6,364 nucleotides of DNA from an uncultured Erysipelotrichaceae bacterium (GTDB lineage Bacteria; Bacillota_I; Bacilli_A; Erysipelotrichales; Erysipelotrichaceae), in assembly GCA_964457525.1 (NCBI GenBank), contig CAYWGS010000085.1, positions 1-6,364 on the forward strand. The letters run 5' to 3'. Position numbers and translations under genes: made by a program. The notes beneath the pieces were generated by a model that searched no databases, was not told where the DNA came from, and saw nothing but the letters and a program-made list of their open reading frames with translations. How positions within the stretch are numbered: the first letter of the stretch is position 1; every line of letters begins with the position of its first letter. Of the stretch, positions 1 through 5,990 are shown piece after piece.

Positions 1-7
1 TATTTTA

Positions 8-37
8 TTGGTATTCTAAGTATTAAGCAATTATAAT
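8..37 (+). promoter_or_regulatory. Candidate sigma-70/SigA-type promoter for the first signalling gene
   Basis: Perfect TATAAT at 32-37. TTGGTA (4/6 match to TTGACA) at 8-13, giving an 18-nt spacer. About 50 nt upstream of the ATG at 87. Such matches arise easily by chance in AT-rich sequence, and the window starts only 7 nt upstream. Confidence 0.3.
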
Positions 38-86
38 GGACTTATAGAATATTTTTTACAAATTTCGACAATATATGTGAGGTTAT

Positions 87-1571
87 ATGAATCACGCGTT
101 GTATAAAAACATTTTTCAATGTACACCGATTGGTATGGCTTATTGTGAAGTCATTTTTGATTCGTCAAGAAATATGATTGATTTAAACTTTATTGAAATG
201 AACGAGAAGTTTAAAGAACTCTTTAACTTAGATAAAAATGTCGTAAATCAAACAAAATTCTCAGAAATATTTGATCTTAAACTCATAAGTAAAGAGATGA
301 TTCAAAATATGAAAGATGTTATTGAGAGTAAGGGGAAAAAGGTTTTTAACTTTCATTCGAACATATTAAATCGACATTTAAGGGTAGAGTTAAATTATAG
401 TGATTGTAATAATGTTTTTATGTTTATTACAGATATCACACAAGAGATTAATGAATCGATTGAGAAATCAATCTTATTAAAGGCAACGAATGTTGTGATT
501 TTTGAACTCGATGAAAATTATGTTTTGACAAGTATGCATACGAATTATGAAAAGGATTTAATGATTAACAATGATTTAATCCTAAATACAAATATTAACG
601 ATATCTTTCAAGAAGAAACAGCTTCTTTGTTAATGGAATCATTGGATAAAGCCAAACAAACACAAGAAGCTCAAGTTATCCGATATTCAGCTATAGAAAA
701 CGATCAAAAGAAATACTATGAAGCGACCATTTTCTATGTCAAATTTGATCATGATTATCGCTATGTAGTATCGGTTAAAGATGTGAGTAAACAAAAAGAG
801 GTGGAAGATCAACTCTTAGAAATGAATGAACGATTTACAGAGATTGCTCATCAGAGTCGTACAGTGGTATGGGATCTTGACATTGAAGGTCGATTTATCT
901 ACATTAATTCATTATCATTTAGCGTATTTGGATACTCACCAATCGAAATGTTGGGCAAAGCATTTTATGATTTTATACCGGATGAATATCGAAAAGAATA
1001 TCAAGAGATTATGGTGGATATGATGAGATCACAAGAAGTGATTCAAGACTTTGAGTTTCCATATCTCAGAAAAGATGGAACGACGCTCTGGTTAATAAGT
1101 TCAAGTGCACCAAAATATAATGATGATCAGAAAATTATTGGATATCGTGGCTCGTATGTGGATATTACAGAGCTTCATAATATACAAGTTGCACTCCTAA
1201 AGAATGAAGAAAAATATCGATTCATTACCGATAATACATCTGATGTTATTTGGAGTTTGAATTTTCAGAGTAAAAAATTTACCTATATTTCTCCTGCAGT
1301 AATGCGTTTGCGAGGGTTTACTGTTGAAGAAGCGATGAATCAAAGTATTGAGGAAAGTATGTCAAGGGAGTCTTGGGTATTTGTTCAAAGTGAACTTGAG
1401 AAGAATTTAAAAGAGTATATGTTACATTCGGATCAGCCCAAAGACAATATCCTTGTTATTGAACAAGATCATAAGAATGGTACTAAACTATGGGTTGAAA
1501 TCTCTGTACGTTTTCGATTCAACGAATTAAATGAGATTGAGATCATTGGTATCAGTCGAGATGTGACTGAA
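87..1571 (+). other. PAS sensor region of the first gene (about four tandem PAS-like modules)
   Basis: Repeating ~120-aa units, each ending in a D-I/V-T/S-x cap (FITDITQE, SVKDVSKQ, YVDITEL, SRDVTERK). Modules 3 and 4 show typical PAS strings (VVWDLDIEGRFIYIN...GYSPIEMLGK; DVIWSLNFQSKKFTYISPAVMRLRGFTVEE). Modules 1 and 2 are assigned only by periodicity and the cap motif. Confidence 0.6.
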
Positions 1572-2606
1572 CGAAAGAAACAAGAAGAAGAAATCAAGTA
1601 TTTGAGTTTCCATGATTCACTAACGGGATTATACAATCGTCGTTATTTTGATATAGAGTTTGATCGACTTAATACACCAAGAAACCATCCAATTTCAATT
1701 ATAACTGCAGACATTAATGGATTAAAAATAACAAATGATGTATTTGGCCATAGTGTGGGTGATCATTTAATTCAAAAAGCTGCCCAAATACTCAAATCAG
1801 GATGTCGGGAAGATGATATTATTGTTCGTCAAGGTGGAGATGAGTTCTTAATTCTATTGCCAAAGACAAGTGTTGAGGACTGTAAACATATCGTAGAAAG
1901 AATCTATCAAAAGAGTAAAGAAGTAAAAGACTCAAAGATTGTAGTTTCAGTATCATTGGGTTATGCAACTAAAATGAATATCGATCAAGATATCAATGTA
2001 ATTATTAATCATAGTGACGAAATGATGTATCAAAATAAATTAGTTGAATCAGAAATCTATAAACGTCAATTACTGGGTAAAGTAATGAAGCGTTTATATA
2101 AATTAGATCCAGACTTAAGACGTCATTTAAAATCACTCATAAAACTAATTGATCAATATGCTCGAGCTATGAATTTCGATGAACAACAAATTGCGCAGTT
2201 AAAACTAGCAGCTATGTATCACGATATCGGCAAGATTGGCATCAGCGAAAATGATTTAAGACTTTATCAAAGCGATCGTAAAAAGTATGAATACCTATTA
2301 AGAAGACAACCAGAATTAAGTTATCAAATATTAAGGCCCATTGCAGAGTATGCAGAAATAGCGAATATCGTTTTAGCTTATCATGAAAACTATGATGGAT
2401 CAGGATATCCAAGATCACTGGCTAAGCAAGATATTTCAAGGGAAGCAATGATGATTCATATTGTGAATGAGTATGATAAACTACGCTACAATTTTGGATT
2501 AAGTGATGAAGACGTATTAAACGAGTTAATGAAAAAAAGAGGGAATGAGTTAGAACCTGAATTACTTGATCAATTTTTTAGAATGGCTCAAAACAATCGG
2601 TTATAA
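87..2606 (+). CDS. Cytosolic multi-PAS / GGDEF / HD-GYP-like c-di-GMP signalling protein; likely a diguanylate cyclase with a degenerate HD-GYP domain
   Basis: 839-aa ORF starting at the first ATG after the in-frame TGA at 78-80. GTGAGG Shine-Dalgarno-like element at 77-82. No predicted TM segment. Two clear PAS modules (aa ~240-365 and ~370-495, ending YVDITE and RDVTERK) follow two weaker PAS-like modules (aa ~1-235). GGDEF domain at aa ~507-652 contains LTGLYNRRYF, ADINGLKITND, an intact GGDEF at nt 1833-1847 and REDD (RxxD I-site) at nt 1806-1817, exactly 5 residues upstream. C-terminal HD-type domain contains HDIGK at nt 2220-2234 and HENYDGSGYP at nt 2382-2411. TAA stop at 2604-2606. 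Confidence 0.9.
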   Translation: MNHALYKNIFQCTPIGMAYCEVIFDSSRNMIDLNFIEMNEKFKELFNLDKNVVNQTKFSEIFDLKLISKEMIQNMKDVIESKGKKVFNFHSNILNRHLRVELNYSDCNNVFMFITDITQEINESIEKSILLKATNVVIFELDENYVLTSMHTNYEKDLMINNDLILNTNINDIFQEETASLLMESLDKAKQTQEAQVIRYSAIENDQKKYYEATIFYVKFDHDYRYVVSVKDVSKQKEVEDQLLEMNERFTEIAHQSRTVVWDLDIEGRFIYINSLSFSVFGYSPIEMLGKAFYDFIPDEYRKEYQEIMVDMMRSQEVIQDFEFPYLRKDGTTLWLISSSAPKYNDDQKIIGYRGSYVDITELHNIQVALLKNEEKYRFITDNTSDVIWSLNFQSKKFTYISPAVMRLRGFTVEEAMNQSIEESMSRESWVFVQSELEKNLKEYMLHSDQPKDNILVIEQDHKNGTKLWVEISVRFRFNELNEIEIIGISRDVTERKKQEEEIKYLSFHDSLTGLYNRRYFDIEFDRLNTPRNHPISIITADINGLKITNDVFGHSVGDHLIQKAAQILKSGCREDDIIVRQGGDEFLILLPKTSVEDCKHIVERIYQKSKEVKDSKIVVSVSLGYATKMNIDQDINVIINHSDEMMYQNKLVESEIYKRQLLGKVMKRLYKLDPDLRRHLKSLIKLIDQYARAMNFDEQQIAQLKLAAMYHDIGKIGISENDLRLYQSDRKKYEYLLRRQPELSYQILRPIAEYAEIANIVLAYHENYDGSGYPRSLAKQDISREAMMIHIVNEYDKLRYNFGLSDEDVLNELMKKRGNELEPELLDQFFRMAQNNRL
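1605..2042 (+). other. GGDEF (diguanylate cyclase) domain of the first gene, with RxxD I-site
   Basis: Family hallmarks: LTGLYNRRYF, DINGLKITNDVFGHSVGD, RQGGDEFLILLP. REDD lies five residues before GGDEF. Confidence 0.85.
2064..2603 (+). other. HD-GYP-like domain of the first gene; GYP is retained but several conserved His/Asp positions are substituted
   Basis: Aligns without gaps to the paralog domain from the first His (H680) through the GYP motif. HD (2220-2225) and GSGYP are present. Where the paralog has H240, H264 and D293, this domain has Q (2307-2309), Y (2379-2381) and N (2466-2468). Confidence 0.7.
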
Positions 2607-2617
2607 TTGAAACTGCT

Positions 2618-4045
2618 ATGGAAATGAAACAATTCAAATCAAAGACTTTAAAATATCTATTTATCACAATTATCATAGTCTATTTAGTAGCTAGTTTTTT
2701 TATAATGAATGCAATCTATCATCGTTATTATGATCAAGAAAAACAAAGCTTGATCGAACTTGCTGAATCCGCAAGAACATTTATGAATCATGATGATATT
2801 AAATCACTAGAAGCACATTTCGATGATACATTAAAACCTGAGTATCAATATCTTAAGACCAATCTAATTAATTTAAAAGAATCTAAGAACACAATCTCAT
2901 TTGCTTATTTAATGAAACAAGTAAATGATCGAATTGTCTTCTTAGTTGATTCTGAAAGTGTTGATTCAGAAGACTATTCATATCCAGGACAAATCTTTTA
3001 TGAAGCTTCTCCAATAGATTACGAACCGTATATCAATAAACAAACGGTCGTGACCCCAGAAACACAGGATCGATGGGGATTATGGATTAGTGTCTTAGTT
3101 CCTATCATCGATGATAATGAAGTGATTGCAGTATTAGGATTAGACTTTAATGCGAATCATTTTAAACAAGAGATATTAAACCAAACGTTTAACTACTTCT
3201 ATGTACTTATCAGTTTACTTATTTTGATGATTGCATATTACATATTGCTTCAGAAGAATATTAAATTAAGATCGCTTAGTAAACAACTCATTGAGAGCGA
3301 AGGATTATTCAAAGGAGTGTTTGAACAGTCACCAATTGGAATCGCAACGATGTCATCTAAGAGACAGATGTCACGCGTTAATCCAAGTTTCATTGCGATT
3401 GTTGAGCGTACTAATCAAGAACAAGTCGGTAAGAACTGGCGTTTTATGACGCATCCAGATGACTTGAAGCGTGAAGAAGTATTATTCAATGCCTTCTTAA
3501 AAAAAGAAATTAATCAATATGAAATCGAAAAACGATTAATGGGTAAGGATGGGCAGTATTTCTGGGTAAGAGTAAAAATTAGTTCTCTTGATTTAAGTGA
3601 TTCCGAAGATTTTAGTTATATCTGTTTGATTGAAGATATATCTGAACATAAGAAAATAAGTGAAGCCCTCTTTGAAACAGAACGAAGTAAGTCTGTATTG
3701 TTATCGCATATACCAGGTTTAGCATATCGTTGTAAAAATGATGAACAATGGACCATGGAATTTGTATCGGATGGTTGTTTAGAATTAACGGGTTATGAAC
3801 CAGACGAATTAATTAATAATCGTGTAATATCTTTCAAGGAAATTATTGATACTCAATATCGTGAAGTGCTCAGAAAACAGTGGGAACAAGTCCTCGGTAA
3901 ACATGAGAATTTTAGAGCAGAATATCAAATCATTACTAAGAGTAATGAAGTTAAATGGGTATTAGAATTAGCACAAGGTATTTATGATCAAAAGGGGAAT
4001 GTCATTGCGTTAGAAGGGATCGTTATTGATATAACACAAACTTAG
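2618..4045 (+). CDS. Membrane sensor fragment (TM, extracytoplasmic Cache/PDC-like domain, TM, PAS, PAS); N-terminal part of an amber-interrupted GGDEF/HD-GYP gene
   Basis: 475-aa ORF starting 11 nt after the upstream stop, with no strong Shine-Dalgarno (alternative ATG at 2624). Hydrophobic segments at aa 12-34 (nt 2651-2719) and aa 191-211 (nt 3188-3250). Two PAS domains at aa ~225-345 and ~350-473; the second has the common IPGLAYRCKNDEQWTMEFVSDGCLELTGYEPDELI pattern. The ORF ends at TAG 4043-4045 directly after the PAS cap VIDITQT and has no output domain. Confidence 0.8.
   Translation: MEMKQFKSKTLKYLFITIIIVYLVASFFIMNAIYHRYYDQEKQSLIELAESARTFMNHDDIKSLEAHFDDTLKPEYQYLKTNLINLKESKNTISFAYLMKQVNDRIVFLVDSESVDSEDYSYPGQIFYEASPIDYEPYINKQTVVTPETQDRWGLWISVLVPIIDDNEVIAVLGLDFNANHFKQEILNQTFNYFYVLISLLILMIAYYILLQKNIKLRSLSKQLIESEGLFKGVFEQSPIGIATMSSKRQMSRVNPSFIAIVERTNQEQVGKNWRFMTHPDDLKREEVLFNAFLKKEINQYEIEKRLMGKDGQYFWVRVKISSLDLSDSEDFSYICLIEDISEHKKISEALFETERSKSVLLSHIPGLAYRCKNDEQWTMEFVSDGCLELTGYEPDELINNRVISFKEIIDTQYREVLRKQWEQVLGKHENFRAEYQIITKSNEVKWVLELAQGIYDQKGNVIALEGIVIDITQT
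2720..3187 (+). other. Extracytoplasmic ligand-sensing domain (~155 aa) between the two TM helices, Cache/PDC-like
   Basis: Bracketed by two hydrophobic helices. The C-terminal string TPETQDRWGLWISVLVPIIDDNEVIAVLGLDFNANHF resembles the beta-strand core (xWGxWISxxxPIxDxxxxxxGVLGxD) I associate with Cache/PDC-type extracellular sensor domains. The family assignment rests on memory of the pattern only. Confidence 0.5.
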
Positions 4046-4069
4046 TTAAGAGATGCTCAGATTCGATAT

Positions 4070-5101
4070 ATGGATGATCATGATTTCTTAACTGGTCTAT
4101 ATAATCGTAAGTATTTTGAAATAGAGAAAGTAAGATTCAATCAAGAGAGTTATTGTCCATTATCCGTCTTAGTAGGCGATATTAATGGTGTACGCTTAAT
4201 AAATGATACTTATGGATACTCTGAAGGGGATCGGTTGATTGTAGATGCGGCGAGAATACTCAAATCCACATGTGATACCAATTCGATATTGTTTAGAACC
4301 GGTGGAGATGAGTTTATTGTACTATTACCCAATACAAGTGAATCAAAAATGGGTGATCTTGTTCGTCGCATCAATCATCAATGTGAACTATACAATCAAA
4401 ATGCGAAGAATCGTTCAATAGAACTTAACTTATCGCTTGGTAGTGCAACACGTAATCATATGAGTCAATCCATTGAAAAAGTGATTCATCAAGCGATGGA
4501 AAGCTTACACAAGAATAAGATTCTTGAAAGTAAGAGTTATCATAGTTCAATCCTTTCATCCATTCAAGCAACGATGTTTGCGAAGAGCCAAAATACAGAA
4601 GAACATGCGGAACGCTTAGCTTTATTATGCCAATATATGGGAGAGAAACTTGATTTGACCCAAGTTCAAATGGATGAGTTAAAGTTATTTGCGATGTTAC
4701 ATGATATCGGTAAGATTGGTATTGATGATCAAATTTTAAACAAACCATCAAAACTCAATAACGATGAATGGAACATCATGAAAAAACATACTGAAATTGG
4801 GTATCGAATTGCTTTATCATCTCCAGAATTACACTCTATAGCAAATTATATTCTTACGCACCATGAACATTGGAATGGAGAAGGATACCCGCAAGGATTA
4901 AAGGGGGATGAGATTCCACTCTTATCACGTATCTTAAGTTTAGTGGATGCCTATGATGCGATGACTCAAGATCGTGTCTATCGTAAAGCGATTTCTAAAG
5001 AAGATGCGATGGTTGAGATTATTCGCAATCGTGGTATTCAATTTGATCCAGAATTAACGGATTTGTTTATTGATATCCTTAAAGAACAAACTGATTTATA
5101 G
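4070..5101 (+). CDS. GGDEF / HD-GYP enzymatic fragment; C-terminal part of the amber-interrupted gene, with canonical motifs in both domains
   Basis: 343-aa ORF in the same frame as 2618-4045. It begins MDDHDFLTGLYNRKYF, which is the very start of a GGDEF domain. GGDEF at nt 4301-4315; no RxxD at the -5 position (DTNS, nt 4274-4285). HD-GYP signature is complete: TEEHAERL, HDIGK (4700-4714), MKKHTEIG, HHEHWNGEGYPQGL (4859-4900), LVDAYDAMTQDRVYRKA. Only a weak AAGAG about 16 nt upstream of the ATG. TAG stop at 5099-5101 overlaps the terminator stem. Confidence 0.8.
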   Translation: MDDHDFLTGLYNRKYFEIEKVRFNQESYCPLSVLVGDINGVRLINDTYGYSEGDRLIVDAARILKSTCDTNSILFRTGGDEFIVLLPNTSESKMGDLVRRINHQCELYNQNAKNRSIELNLSLGSATRNHMSQSIEKVIHQAMESLHKNKILESKSYHSSILSSIQATMFAKSQNTEEHAERLALLCQYMGEKLDLTQVQMDELKLFAMLHDIGKIGIDDQILNKPSKLNNDEWNIMKKHTEIGYRIALSSPELHSIANYILTHHEHWNGEGYPQGLKGDEIPLLSRILSLVDAYDAMTQDRVYRKAISKEDAMVEIIRNRGIQFDPELTDLFIDILKEQTDL

Positions 5102-5125
5102 CTCATTTCAACGATGAGCTTTTTT
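5100..5125 (+). terminator. Rho-independent terminator closing the signalling operon
   Basis: Perfect 7-bp stem AGCTCAT (5100-5106) / ATGAGCT (5114-5120), a 7-nt loop TTCAACG, then TTTTT (5121-5125). It starts within the TAG stop of the upstream CDS. Confidence 0.7.
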
Positions 5126-5153
5126 AATCAACTTCATGAAATTTTGATATGAT
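5125..5153 (+). promoter_or_regulatory. Candidate extended -10 promoter for the ZIP transporter operon
   Basis: TGATATGAT at 5145-5153 fits the TGnTATAAT extended -10 pattern. A weak -35-like TAATCA at 5125-5130 gives a 17-nt spacer. AGAGGG Shine-Dalgarno at 5160-5165, 6 nt before the ATG at 5172. Confidence 0.35.
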
Positions 5154-5171
5154 AGTACTAGAGGGTTTTAT

Positions 5172-5987
5172 ATGGAACAAATTATTAATGGATTTATTCA
5201 TCTTAGTCCTGTTATACAAGCTTTACTCGCAACTTTATTTACTTGGTTTGTCACTGCATTAGGGGCAGCCATGGTTTTTTTCTTTAAGACGATCAACCGA
5301 GTTGTTTTAAACACCATGTTAGGATTTGCGGCAGGAGTCATGATTGCGGCATCTTTTTGGTCACTCCTAGCACCAGCGATTGAAATGGCTGAATTAAACA
5401 ATATGCCTGGATGGTTACCTGCTGTTATAGGGTTCTTAGCTGGAGGTGCTTTCTTGTGGTTAGTTGACCGTTTCATGCCACATTTACATCTTGGATCCAA
5501 AGAACCAGAAGGTTCAAAATCAAGTCTACAACGTTCTGTATTACTCGTTTTAGCGATTACCCTTCACAACATTCCAGAAGGCTTAGCAGTTGGCGTTGCG
5601 TTTGCGGCTGCAGGGGCTGATTTTGCAGGTTCAACACTTTTAGGTGCAGTCGCATTAGCGATTGGGATTGGTCTTCAAAACTTCCCTGAAGGAGCAGCAG
5701 TCTCTATCCCCCTTCGAAGAGAAGGCTTATCACGCTCTAAGAGTTTCTTGTATGGTCAAGCATCAGGACTTGTCGAACCGATTGCAGGAATGTTAGGGGC
5801 ATACCTTGTATTAATCATGAAACCAATTTTACCTTTCGCATTATCCTTTGCGGCTGGGGCAATGATCTATGTTGTGGTGGAAGAATTGATTCCAGAAGCA
5901 CAGAATGATTCAAATACGGATTTATCGACCATTGGGCTTATGATTGGATTTGCATTGATGATGTTTCTAGATGTTGCGCTGGGGTAA
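5172..5987 (+). CDS. ZIP-family divalent metal (zinc/iron/manganese) transporter, GufA-like subfamily
   Basis: 271-aa polytopic membrane protein, Gly/Ala-rich, with about 8 hydrophobic segments. It carries the paired ZIP signature helices LHNIPEGLAVGVAF and LQNFPEGAAVSIPL, plus a short His-containing cytoplasmic loop (PHLHLGSKEPEGS). Good Shine-Dalgarno AGAGGG at 5160-5165. TAA stop at 5985-5987. Confidence 0.88.
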   Translation: MEQIINGFIHLSPVIQALLATLFTWFVTALGAAMVFFFKTINRVVLNTMLGFAAGVMIAASFWSLLAPAIEMAELNNMPGWLPAVIGFLAGGAFLWLVDRFMPHLHLGSKEPEGSKSSLQRSVLLVLAITLHNIPEGLAVGVAFAAAGADFAGSTLLGAVALAIGIGLQNFPEGAAVSIPLRREGLSRSKSFLYGQASGLVEPIAGMLGAYLVLIMKPILPFALSFAAGAMIYVVVEELIPEAQNDSNTDLSTIGLMIGFALMMFLDVALG

Positions 5988-5990
5988 ACG

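Larger units (their letters stand above)
2618..5101 (+). pseudogene. Alternative single-locus interpretation: one ~827-codon sensor-PAS-PAS-GGDEF-HD-GYP gene carrying an internal in-frame TAG (nonsense-disrupted or recently split)
   Basis: 2618 and 4070 are in the same frame (difference 1452 = 484 x 3). Only one stop codon (4043-4045) and 8 sense codons (LRDAQIRY) separate the ORFs. Reading through gives DITQT*LRDAQIRYMDDHDFLTGLYNR, which aligns without gaps to DVTERKKQEEEIKYLSFHDSLTGLYNR in the upstream paralog. Confidence 0.5.

Noticed and set aside
1-86. Possible c-di-GMP riboswitch or other leader RNA upstream of the signalling operon
   Set aside because: Only 86 nt are available, they are extremely AT-rich, and they lack the paired GC-containing helices such an aptamer would need. 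Sequence upstream of the window is unknown.
826-1023. 65-aa ORF on the + strand nested out of frame inside the first gene
   Set aside because: It lies entirely within a strongly supported 839-aa CDS. It has no RBS or recognisable motif, and its composition is typical of an off-frame translation.
2532-2538. A7 homopolymer (and a T7 at 5275-5281) as possible slipped-strand phase-variation sites
   Set aside because: Tracts of 7 are short and expected in an AT-rich genome. They are in frame in intact ORFs, and the one actual gene disruption in the window is a substitution-type stop, not a frameshift.
3434-3448. NWRFM in the first PAS of the second gene, which resembles the LOV-domain NCRFLQ flavin-adduct motif
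   Set aside because: The reactive Cys is replaced by Trp and the surrounding GRNCRFLQG context is absent. The following HPDD fits a generic PAS pattern instead.
4043-4045. The in-frame TAG as a recoded sense codon (pyrrolysine or a reassigned amber codon)
   Set aside because: The same gene ends with TAG at 5099-5101, where the C-terminus aligns with the end of the paralog and the codon overlaps a terminator stem. TAG therefore acts as a genuine stop here. No pyl genes or other in-frame TAGs are visible in the window. This cannot be fully excluded without the whole genome.
4425-4751. 108-aa antisense ORF
   Set aside because: It lies opposite the well-conserved GGDEF/HD-GYP coding sequence and has no domain signature or start context. 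It is most likely a shadow ORF.
5114-5152. 12-codon mini-ORF (MSFFNQLHEILI) in the intergenic region
   Set aside because: Its ATG is part of the terminator stem and there is no Shine-Dalgarno. It is best explained as chance.
5102-5171. Zur/Fur/MntR-type operator upstream of the ZIP gene, including the 8-bp palindrome TTCATGAA at 5133-5140
   Set aside because: No match to the Firmicutes Zur consensus (TCGTAATnATTACGA-like) or to a Fur box. An isolated 8-bp AT-rich palindrome is not enough to call a site.
5198-5500. 100-aa antisense ORF inside the ZIP gene
   Set aside because: It is a shadow ORF of a confidently assigned membrane transporter. Its Lys/Pro/Ala-rich, low-complexity translation is typical of the reverse frame of a Gly/Ala-rich gene.
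5172-5987. Jump in GC content at the ZIP gene as a sign of horizontal acquisition
   Set aside because: Hand counts of single 60-nt lines gave 13/60 G+C at 181-240, against 24/60 at 5221-5280 and 32/60 at 5581-5640. The gene encodes a Gly/Ala/Pro/Leu-rich membrane protein, whose GC-rich codons explain most of the shift. The flanks show no repeats, integrase or tRNA. A codon-position GC3 analysis against the whole genome would be needed to say more.
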